From: Laetmonice hystrix
Lineage: Eukaryota
Reading direction: 5' to 3'
NCBI GenBank assembly: GCA_965235115.1
Contig: OZ249436.1
Span: 34,846,001 to 34,910,000 of the forward strand
DNA: 64,000 nucleotides
The notes below the pieces were generated by a model. The model was given only the letters and a program-made list of their open reading frames with translations, ran no database searches and had not been told where the DNA came from. Both the position numbers and the translations under genes were made by a program. This document shows positions 13,388 to 26,000 of the stretch, piece by piece (position 1 is the first letter of the stretch; each line of letters begins with the position of its first letter).

Positions 13388-16300
13388 ATGAAAATGGCTT
13401 CCTGTGGGACTGGCTTCCTGATAACGTGTTTGCTGTTGATGACGGCTGGTAAGTTACTCTAGTCATGTACAACATATAACCTTAGTCACTTTGGTGGTGT
13501 TAACACGCAAGTTACTCATCAGGAAAATATATAAACGGTGAATTACATTACATTTAGTACATACAATGTGTAAACGTAACAGAACAAGGGGCGCCTCCTG
13601 AAGGTTTTTATATTATTGCCGGATGGCTGCTAATTTCTTTTCCTATTTATACTTCTTAAAATGATACATTGCAAATTAATTTTGCACATAATATGAAATA
13701 TTCTGGCACATATTTTTCATTGTATCTCCGGCATCGTCGCTGCATGCATGCCTCAAACAGCTAGTGATCGCTTGATTGTTGACCTTATAGAGGATACGGG
13801 TTCTTAATTACTGAATATTTGCTTGTGAAGTGAGAAAAACTTTGCCTTCTATATGTGACCCCTATGGTTAACGAAATAGTGGCATGGAGTGAAGTTCGGT
13901 AATAAGCTGGTAAGCTGGTAAGTTACTCGTCATGATTATAGAAACACCTTTCGCAGTGCAGATTTTGGCCTCTTTCATGAAAGCAAAGCCTTTCTCATAT
14001 AAACATTTTTTATAAATATATATCTACACAGGGGAGCCTTGAATGATATTGTTAGTAGCGCGCAGAGGGCAGATCTATAGCAACCTCTAATCGTAACCTA
14101 TACCCGCTCGACTCTAACCCTGACCCTCTGAGGTCGACGGTTCTCTAAACACACAGTGACATACACAGTCACTTAACACTTGATACCCCTATCCTCATGT
14201 ACCGCCCTGACCCAACCAGGTGTGCCAATGATCCCCGCCCAACCCGCACCAATGGCGAGCTGCGCCCATAGCCCGGCATAGGGAAACGTTTGGACGTCCA
14301 AAGTCGAGTAGAATCACTCAAATGGTCACTGGGTGCGAATTTACCGTGTGCCGAGCACTTTGATTCGCACTTGATTGATGGGTGTGAAAATATTTCAATA
14401 CCTGGAACCTGTTTCATGTGTCATGGCCTATATCAGGGTCCAGCCGTGGCATGGTGGCACTTAGGTTAAAACCATTCACTTCACCCAGAATAACCCACAA
14501 ATGAAATGTTTGCCGTGCCAATGATACTAGAGTGAGGGTTCACTGATGCTGATGGTTCTGACGGTCGGTCAGTGCTCGTATCAGTGACGCTGCACTCAAG
14601 GAGTACGTCATCAAAGAACCTCGATCGACGTTCTTTGACGTCATGCAGTCAGAGCCGAACGGTGAAAACGGAAGTTGGTGCATTCCCGTTCCTTACACAA
14701 TGTTCCATTCCTGATGTCACTTTCGTACGGGAAATCCCGATGGCCCAGCTATAGGAATGTTATCGAGAAACGTAATACAGTGAGATACGCACAATTACAA
14801 GCACACGCGAGAAACATTTATCCTATTTACCGACGTTAGGGTAAACTTGTATGTGTACAGTACATGTGTAGGCCGGCTACATAAAGCTTCTTCCATGTCT
14901 GCACAAGTACTTGTCCGTGGAAGCCAATGCCAGGCTTGTTCGTCGAGGCAGACGCGCCATAGGTCTACCAGTGGTATCAACAGTCTCTTTGTATAGTCTA
15001 TACATCGGTGCCCGTGGCGATCTCTTTCTCTTACCGCTTGAACTTACGCAGGCGTGGATCCAGGGGGCGCAGGGGGGCGCTTTTTTGAAGAAGTGACAAA
15101 GATTTTTGGTAGGCTAGGTCTAAATGCTTTGAGAAACTTTCGACGTGCCCCTCTGTGGTCATTTCCGTAACAGTTTCTATCTCCAGATGCCGGGAAGAAC
15201 TATTGTTTTATTGTCATTCGAAATTCAGCAATTTCCTTGGGGAGGACCCCCAGACCCCCCTCCCACTCGCGCATGTTCGCCTCACACTAGGGCGCCTCCT
15301 TTCGTGTAGTGCTGATTACACATACTCGTGTGTAAGGGGTGGGGACACCTCCCCTCTAAGTTCACAAATTTTATCATTCATTTTAGAAAAACTTTGTTAT
15401 AAGATATTTCTCTTTTTCGCTCGTCGAATTTAGTATATAGTGTGACACGCGGAAAGATTCCTTTCCATGTATGAATCACCACATTTATGCTGTTTCCCCC
15501 TATAACGTGAACCAGAACGTGCATGTTTTCAATCGTCTACCTGAATGTGGTTAAAAATGAATAACTCTGTTTTAGTCGAGAGTGCAAAAAGGTCTTAAAA
15601 TAGGACTTCCTGCACTGATTAAAGCCTTTTCATCGCACATATACAATACAGTTTTGAGGAAGTTTATCTGAGCTTTACAGATTTATTAAAGCTACACTTC
15701 ATGCCCTATCTGTGAATCTGTTGGAAACGGTTGTAAATTTTGGTAATGTAAATAATGCAATTTCGTTAAAATGATCTGACTGTGTCGCTCAACGTTCATT
15801 ATTCCGGACCGGACAGGGTTTTTTTCATCAAAGTTGTGGTTTCAACCAGAAAATGTCATTATACCAACGTATTCAATAACACAATAGCTGCTATTCAAAT
15901 GCCATAGTTGTATTTAGGTGTTTGTTCCTTTGTCACACAATTTCTATACGTATAGGGCCACCTCACAGGGAGGTCACGCAGGCAGGGCCATGGCTTGCCT
16001 GTACAACTATAGCGGCGTAGTTATCAGACCTAATATATTCTATGGGTTAGGAGCTCGTGTTTAGCTCGTTATTCTCTCCAGCTGGGTCCTTTCTGACACT
16101 GGAAGGGGCCACTTCTAGGAAGACCGTGTATAAATGACCCCTCGCAAAGTATCTGTGAACATCGGGTGCCTCTCAGTGAGATCTCACACCTGCCAGTTGT
16201 GAAATATTGCCCATGGATGGATCAGACCCAAGAGGCCTGTGCTGCCATATAATACTGTGGTAAGTGTCTTCAGTGACAGCACGACAATCATAGACTGATG

Positions 16301-16974
16301 ATCCACGTTCAAAAAACATGACATACATTTCTAACCCCTCCTCGCCCCCGCCCTATCAGCAAGAAAAATACAGTGGCTTGTATCTGATTCAACATTTCAC
16401 ATGCACATAATGAAATTTAATTACTACGTCCTCAGCCCCAGGAATTACGCGTCCTCATTGCGTATAGAATGGCAGGCCCCATTTTGACAAATGTCAACAC
16501 ATTCAAAAGCAGAAACGTAAAGTAATTGGCTTTATGCCATGGGCTCTAGCCCCTTTCCTAATTTGTCAGCTACACTGTCACGGATTAGCAATATCACCTA
16601 GCTTGATAAATGAAGATCACTGCATGACATAATGCACACAAACCGTTAACGTAATTAAAACCAAGATTGGCAATGATACTGTACATGTCTCTTGGGGTGT
16701 ACAGCAGGTCATTCCAAACATGAATGATTTATGGTTGGGACTTATCATCACCCCAGTCTTGATTAGTGGTCGTGCTTAAACAGCTTCATAATATAGGTTA
16801 TATTTCGAATATATGTTTCAATTAAATCCTCAAATTTTCATCAATTGCGGCATTATTAGAAAGTGTTGTAATGTTTGTTATAATGTCCTAAAGTGACGTA
16901 GTGTGTGATTGACGGTCGCCGTTGGAATTAACAATTTTTGAGGTCGTTCAAGCACCCTGACAAATTGATTTTGG

Positions 16975-17067
<93 letters not shown>

Positions 17068-20000
17068 CCTCCCTCTCTCTCCTTCTCTCTCTCTCTCTCT
17101 CTCTCATTTATCCGGCCCTAGCGTCTGTCTGTACCTCATCATTTTGTTACTTGATTTTTCTGTTTTGAAGGAGAGGATACATGCGTTGATATAGAGTAGG
17201 TCAGATACCCAACCTCCTGGTATCACGGAATGCACGCCGAACATGACGCACGTCATGAGGCAGCAATTACGGCACGCCACATGACGTCTCAACAACCAGC
17301 AGACGTCGTCATCTTAACGGATCTAGTAGAGTTATACTATAGGCTACCGTAAACCGTCAACATTATTACTGCCAGCCTCTTCAAACTATAAAAACGTAAA
17401 AAGGAGGTACAGGTCTATCATAAACACAATTTTCTACTGTGTATGAGCACTTGGAAGAACATTTGGTAGCTATTATAATAGGCCTACCCAGAAAACCTTT
17501 TTTACACACTGACTCAGGGGCACTTCTCCATCCAAACATGATGACATTTACAGAAACCTTGGATGTCGGCGTTTCTTCGCTCAACCAAACTTCTTCTTGA
17601 CTTTCAAGGAAACAAAAAGTTCTCGCATCAGAAAAAGTTTACCTGACGCGAATAAAATGTGATGGTCTTGGCATCATTCCTAGAGGTCATGTAAAGCGGA
17701 TATACTGCGGGCAACAGACATTGGCTGTACTATCTCTATCTGTAGACGTCCAAATATTAGTACGGTAAATAACTTGTACAATCAGTCTCATGTGAATAGC
17801 GCGTTATATGTGATACATTATTGGTATAGGACTATGATTAATTCACGAATGTAGTAGCCAAAGTTTGCATTAACACGCCCATAGTGGCAGACTTTTAAAA
17901 TCATGTAATAGCTATATAGCCTACATGTCTATGGCTGTATAGATCCTTCATTTAGATACAATAAGGGGAATTTCATGGGAGTACTGTAGGCATGGATTTC
18001 GCAGTTCAAAAGACTATTGCATTATCAATGCGTTATAGCAGGTGTACATTAAGAATACATAGGCACATCCGCGACACTGGACACCAATTTTTATGACTAC
18101 CACCAGAAACAGAAGCCCCATTAGGGTGAAGTTGCCACTCCATGTAGATAGCACGGAGAAATCTCTCATGTATATTTGATGGAATCAAGTGTAGGGTAAA
18201 CGCCACATCACCACTGTCAATGACATAATATGACAGGCGCACACACTGGTGTTTCGTGCCACGCTTATTGGTTATCTGTTTATCTGTGCGGGGGTGGGGA
18301 AGGGGATGGGGTGCGCCTACAAGCGAAATGCAACCCTTTCGAACAGAGCCCGGTGTCGGGTTGGTATGGTACATGCAAGAGGGGGGTTTCAGGCCTACAC
18401 TGAAAGGTCTGTATTATAACACATCTCAGCAGTATTTTTAATAGTACTACATGTACTAGTATAATCCCGGTAAGTCTGGAAGGGGTAGGTTATAGAAGTA
18501 TAGGTTATAGGAGTACAGTCAGTAACTGTTTGGATATTATGCATTCTTGTAGATAACCAAGGCCATTAGGGCTTTCATGGAAGGGCAGGGATCCGCCCCC
18601 GCCCCCTGTGTGAATATTGCATGATTTTATCTGTCTCAAAGACCTATATATGCATAAATTTGAAATGCTAGGAAGTAAGAATGATTGACCTCGGCCTAGG
18701 CTTATCTGTGTTTTGATTGGGGGCTCCTTGTGGTATCTTAGTCCTTGGGGAAGCCCCCCCCCCCTTTGGCAAAGGCAACCTTAGATCCTTACTGCTACAG
18801 ACTATGTACGCTTTGACCATCTGGGTGAATGTTGTGCACCAGTGATGTGAGAACAAAATTACTAGTCCATTTCCCTGGAGACTTTGGGAGCATTTACCTA
18901 GACAGTTGTCCTGCAGTAATACAATACAACCGCTCATGGCAGAAACAGGGAAAACAAAGCTGACTATGCGGACTCCCTCTTCAAACTGGTTGAGTCTACA
19001 TCACAAGTTTACTTAGTCTTAGGATGCTCGTGCCCTCGTCACAGACATCCAAATAAAAGGCAATCACTTCTAACTGCATGACTCTGTGAGACTACATGGT
19101 CAATGTATGGATGACGATTACACGCTATAAAACGTTTAGACTCTCCAGTAGACCTACCATTATATCGGAGGTAGGTCATTGAGAATGACTTAAATGGTTC
19201 GACATCAAATGGCCCATTATGGTACGTGAGATGTGGTGGATCCATAATTGATTTCTCTTATATCTTACATCCAGTCGTAGAACATTCTGTTATTATTATC
19301 ACAGAACCGAGAGATAGTCCTGATAGAAGTATATAATTACAGGGGCCTACTGCACAATATCTATCCTGGTATCGACGTACTGGGGCCTTCTGCACAATAT
19401 CTATCCTGATATAGACGTACAGGGGCCTTCTGCACAATATTAATCCTGGTAGACGTATTACAGGGGCCTACTGCACAATATCAATCCTGGTAGGCGTATT
19501 ACAGGGGCATACTGCACAATATCAATCCTGGTAGGCGTATATAATTACAGGGGCCTACTGCACAATATCAATCCTGGTAGGCGTATATAATTACAGGGGC
19601 CTACTGCACAATATCTATCCTTGATGGGGGATTTTTAACGCAGGTTATACACGAGATATAATAGCCCCGTTTTCATCGACAACATTGAATCCTCTATTTT
19701 GCGGCGGGAACTAACCTAACTAACTTATACCCTAGTCACACTAGAGGCGGAATGAACCGGAATGCCGTCGGAATGAAAGTTCTTTGTACATTCCTGGATA
19801 TTCGAAGTGAATTCTAAATATTCTGACTGCATTCTGAGTGCATTCCAAATATTCGGGCCCATTCTTGTTGGCGGCCCGAATGTTTTGCTCATGCTCAAAA
19901 CTTTCGAGGTGCATTCGAAGTGGAGAAATATCGAACGGCATTCGAAATGTATTCTAAATGCACTCTGACTGCATTCTAAATATTCTTACGGCATTCCAAC

Positions 20001-23000
20001 AGCATTCGAAACATTCTGATCGCATTCGAGGAAAAATCGAAAAGGCAAGCCACTTTAAATCCTGCCAGAATGTCCCGAATGAGCCTCGAATGAGCCGGAA
20101 TGCACCTCGAATGCATCTCGATTGCTGCCGGAATCTATACTCGGGACATTCTAAGTACATTCGAAGTACATTCCAAGTATTTCAACTGCATTCTGTTTAA
20201 ATTCTTGGACGTTCGAACCATATTCGGCTGCCATTCTGGGAGCGTTCTGACTGCATTCGAGGTGAATTCGTACAGCATTCGAGGCACCTTCCAACTAGAC
20301 TTCGGGCGGTATTTGGACAGCAATCGAACCGCACTCGTACGGCATTCGAGGTGCATTCTAAATATTCTGACTGCATTCTAACAACATTCTAAATATTCCT
20401 ACTGTGTTCCAACTACATTCGAGCTGCATTGGAGAGCTAATACACCCAGAATGTGCAAGAATCATTCGAGGCGGGTTCGAAGCGCATTCTAAGTATTCGA
20501 ACGGCATTCTTACAAAGCTGTAAGAATTTTGGTCAATTTGAAATTTGCTCCCGAATGTGGCGCGAATTTTGAGTATTCTTCATTCCGGCTGGTTCTGCTT
20601 GATTCCTGCTGATTCCGAATAAGTGTGACGGGGGTATTACTGACCTAACGTATTGACCTAACCCATTTGTTACAGAGCCCATCGTCTGTTACTGACCTAA
20701 CGTAATGAACTAACCCATGTCTATCTCATGTCACAGAGCCCATCGTGTCTGTTACTGACCTAACGTATTGACCTAACCCATGTCTATCTCATGTTACAGA
20801 GCCCATCGTGTCTGTTACTGACCTAACGTATTGACCTAACCCATGTCTATCTCATGTCACAGAGCCCATCGTGTCTGTTACTGACCTAACCTATTGACCT
20901 AACCCATGTCCATCTCATGTTACAGAGCCCATCGTGTCTGTTACTGACCTAACCTATTGACCTAACCCATGTCTATCTCATGTCACAGAGCCGATCGTGT
21001 CTATTACTGACCTAACGTATTGAACTAACCCATGTCCATCTCATGCTACAGAGCCCATCGTGTCTGTTACTGACCTAACGTATTGACCTAACCCATGTCT
21101 ATCTCATGTTACAGAGCCCATCGTGTCTGTTACTGACCTAACGTATTGAACGAACTCATGTCTATCTCATGCTACAGAGCCGATCGTGTCTATTACTGAC
21201 CTAACGTATTGACCTAACCCATGTCCATCTCATGTCACAGAGCCCATCGTGTCTGTTACTGACCTAACGTATTGACCTAACCCATGTCTATCTCATGTTA
21301 CAGAGCCCATCGTGTCTGTTACTGACCTAACGTATTGACCTAACCCATGTCTATCTCATGTCATAAAGCCCATCGTGTCTGTTACTGACCTAACGTATTG
21401 AACTAACCCATGTCTATCTCATGTTACAGAGCCCATCGTGTCTGTTACTGACCTAACGTATTGACCTAACCCATGTCTATCTCATGTTACAGAGCCGATC
21501 GTGTCTATTACTGACCTAACGTATTGAACTAACCTTTGTCTATCTCATGTTACAGAGCCCATCGTGTCTGTTACTGACCTAACGTATTGAACTAACCCAT
21601 GTCTATCTCATGTTACAGAGCCCATCGTGTCTGTTACTGACCTAACGTATTGACCTAACCCATGTCTATCTCATGTTACAGAGCCCATCGTGTCTGTTAC
21701 TGACCTAACGTATTGACCTAACCCATGTCTATCTCATGTTACAGAGCCCATCGTGTCTGTTACTGACCTAACGTATTGACCTAACCCATGTCTATCTCAT
21801 GTTACAGAGCCCATCGTGTCTGTTACTGACCTAACGTATTGACCTAACCCATGTCTATCTCATGTCACAGAGCCCATCGTGTCTGTTACTGACCTAACCT
21901 ATTGACCTAACCCATGTCTATCTCATGTCATAAAGCCCATCGTGTCTGTTACTGACCTAACGTATTGACCTAACCCATGTCTATCTCATGTTACAGAGCC
22001 CATCGTGTCTGTTACTGACCTAACGTATTGACCTAACCCATGTCTATCTCATGTCATAAAGCCCATCGTGTCTGTTACTGACCTAACGTATTGACCTAAC
22101 CCATGTCTATCTCATGTTACAGAGCCCATCGTGTCTGTTACTGACCTAACGTATTGACCTAACCCATGTCTATCTCATGTCATAAAGCCCATCGTGTCTG
22201 TTACTGACCTAACGTATTGATGACCTAACCCATGTCTATCTCATGTTACAGAGCCCATCGTCTGTTACTGACCTAACGTATTGACCTAACCCATGTCTAT
22301 CTCATGTCATAAAGCCCATCGTGTCTGTTACTGACCTAACGTATTGAACGAACCCATGCCCTTCTCATATTATAGAACCGATATGGTCCGTGTACGACCC
22401 GGGGACTCGCCTAGCGAGGATTCTGTTTAATGATTACATGGCCGACATCATCCCGAACTGTACCAACGAACTTGTCCGAGTGAAGGTGGGCATGGCACTC
22501 CGGGGAATCCTCGATGTGGTACGTATATCTACGTCAAAGGTCTACGTCATTTACGTCATGACGTCATTTCTGGTGTTAGCCTCCCAAAAAGTAAAACATA
22601 TGGGGGACTTTTAGGAGGAGACTATTATTATTCAATGGCAAGTTTGGGTGGGGTTCTCTGCCTGAGAACCTTATTCGCCAATGGTATTCACTGCTGCAGA
22701 ATGATCGACATTGATATCAATATCTATCCCGTGCTTTTAGCGGTAAAATTAATATTGGTGAGAAATCCAAGGTATTGATATTATATAAGTCTGATCGTAA
22801 ATTTATGGACATTATTATGGCCCCATGCTTCAAGTCATAAAGACGTAGGATGACTAGAGAAGTGCGTTACTCGACTGAAATTGCGTTTGCTGTGTTCCCT
22901 GCCCTTGCATTACCAGCTAATAAAGGAATATAGGTTATCTGGTTGATAACTGTCAAGGAGCGAGCTAAATGAGAAGACTGTGCGGGCTGCGATAAGTGAG

Positions 23001-26000
23001 AGTTTACATTGGATGTTGCCATCCTGAATAAACATCCGCATAAAGACAGCATACAGTAATACAGGCGACTTCTAGAGACTAGCAGCACGAAATGACCACC
23101 AGTGATGACGTGAACATCAATATCATGGCCCCTGAATAATTTTGATTTGTCTGAAACTTTTATTGACATATTTTTGCACACACAACCGAGCGGAGGAGAC
23201 GCAGGGAAGGAAGCGGAAAGAGACAGGCAAAAAGAAGGTGGTTGAAGAGTGTTTAAATGATCTCGTGCTATGTCAACCGATGTTTTGAAGTTATCAAATA
23301 CATCCCTGTCAGGACAGACATTAATGTTTGCCTACATGGTGAAATATAAACCTGTAGCAGGCCTCGAGTAGAACGCTCACTCCGACCGTTGTCGTGGCGC
23401 TTTCAGCCATGGCGGTATCATGTAACAACTTCCGGTAAATTCAAGACTGCGGCACACTTTAACAGTGCCCACCTATCTGTTCAATATCAGATCGAAGTTG
23501 ACATGCACACCAAAAGACAAACGCCACATTTACGTCCCAGAATATAGAAGGCCTAGGTATAAAAGATATGCATGTAGGCATACTGACAGTAAAGTATTAT
23601 GTAGTGCGTAGAATGTCATCTAAACCAAACACTGTTTGCTCATCTCTGCTATAGCTATACGCGTGTGACGAACGTTTCTATAACATAGTCTCCCCATGAG
23701 TTTGTGAGCACGTGAACGTGAAGCACATTAAGCGTGCCATAAAGCTATCATAATTTTAACAACGTAGCAGAACAGACATATATAACCTCGCGGTACGAAA
23801 GTGTAAGGATAGAAGGTTTTGGAATCAGGATATCTAATTTATTGCTCCATGGGTAGGCCACAGGCAACAGACCACATAGTGAGGCTATTCTTCAGGAGTG
23901 AAAGATTCTCATAATCGTATCACCCGTAATTGTAATCTATGGATTCACATTACTCGAAGATGGGCCCTCCAACTGGAGGAGTTAAAGTAATAATCTATAA
24001 TTTCTTCCTTCTTCCCCATCCCAGCCGTATTCGTAATCATCTGCATTTTAACTACGCCGCTGCTGGTCCCAACTTTAGTACAATATAAAGATTGCTTGTT
24101 GTCTGTCTGATATCATGAACAAATACATGCAGAGCAAACATTAGCGTTCCATTGATAACAAAAAGTTTATTGTACCACGGAAATTGGCGGAATATGATAT
24201 TGGTTCCTTCTTCGGGTGAAGAATCTATGTTCTATGTGTAACTGCTTTATTAGCCCGACTTCAACCAGACCAGCTTTAATATTGGATAACTCTCTGGCGA
24301 TAACTTGAGTACTCAATGGTTAATATGGGGCAATACATGACGTCGAGTCAACTAGAATTCCTCCTTGTGGATTGCAGTCATAAAGCCTTCGTATTTATAG
24401 ATATTGTTATTCTCTGCGTGGCACACATGGATTTCAATCCTTCCAGTACCATTTTTTCTCTCCGGTGTTCCGCAAATGGGTCATCAAAGGCTTTGAACTG
24501 TCCAGCTCTGTCTGTGCGACCGGGCATATAAAAGAACCCGTGCCATTTTTCGAGAAGGGTGGGGATTGCTACAGGTGACAGGATTCTTTCTCACTTCATC
24601 CTGGTCATCACCCACCCCTTGGGACCCGGGGTAAAATAGATCTTTAATAGCGAGAGAGGCCAAAATGCAGGATTGCTCCGCTTGGCGGAGGCAGGGCCTA
24701 TCCGCTCTACTGAGCGCCCTTTAGTTTTTATACTCTATACAAAGTGACAACCAATTGTTTTTCCAGGACGAGCCCAGCCAGATTGTGAAGGTTACAGTTT
24801 GGTTGCGTATGGTATGTAAGATTTAAGGAAGCTATAAAGCTCTCAACCCTCTGTGTAAATTTTCTCACATAGGCTGTTTTGTGATTCTGTATCTTTTAAA
24901 ACAAAATTCTAGATGTGTAAGAGATTAAAAACGTCATCAGCACGTAAGCTTTACTTACTGAGTACCGACTCCTTGTTCCCCCTTCCCTTACCCGTACCCG
25001 CCGGTGTGGACCCACAGGAGTGGATGGACTGTCGCCTGGCCTGGAACCAGACTGAACATTCACTGCCTCAACTGGTCGTCTCTAGTGATCGAATCTGGAT
25101 TCCAGACATAACCCTGTTTGACAGGTAGGCAACCTTGCGAGGTTAAACTTTTTGTGTGCATGCATTTGCTTACTGGCATTGGTCCTGAAATACGAGGTTC
25201 CCAATCTCCCAGTAAGTTTGGGGCGTTACTTCGAACCAATCTTGAGAATACTCCAACTGATGTATACTATATGGTATACATCTGTGCTTATAATCGATGC
25301 TTTAGTAAGCAGAGATTGTAAGTTACCTACGTAGTCTTCCAGTGAACTTATATATGTGCACTGCCACCTATAGTACATGTATATATTTAATATGTGTTTT
25401 AATGTGGTTAACAGCTCAAGCGTTAGGCCTATAACATAAGTTGACCAAAAGCAATGGAAAGTTCTTACCTAATTATAGTGACCTGCTTTAATGACTGTGC
25501 ATGCTCCAAGGACAGATATTGATCCCTATAGAAATAAACTCATTTTGTTGTCATTCTCTTTCGTTGAGCTCATTATTATTGACGGAGGTGTTAATTGTCA
25601 AAGGTAATTATTTATCCGTGCTACGGCACATGTTGCCTGTGTCACTGTAGATAGGATTATATGTGTACGTCTTCCTCCCATCAGGTATATAAGAAATAAT
25701 TACAGCTTGTCAAGATCACATTAAATGTAAACCCGTCCAGTAGTTATAACCTCTCCGTTTCTTGTTAATCACTATATTCTTTCTGACCAATACATCAAAG
25801 CCGCTGCTATCTATAAGATTATAATTAATAGTCAAGCATGGAGACAATTATGTCCTATCAAGTTGAGACATTGTAAAACCCGATTGACGTTTATCCATAT
25901 ACCGTAAAGGGCATGAATAACAATTCCTACCCATAACCTATCGCTGATTGTCATGTTTCCACAGTTCATATGTAGTATCCAAAATTAAACATTTCTCTAG

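Noticed and set aside
16129..16265. TATAAA plus GTAAGT donor as an alternative nAChR first exon
   Set aside because: The available ATGs are out of phase with exon 2 or hit a stop, and no signal peptide is encoded.
19741..20381. Cluster of ORFs on both strands
   Set aside because: They lie in the subrepeat-rich interior of the Harbinger-like MITE and show no transposase motifs.
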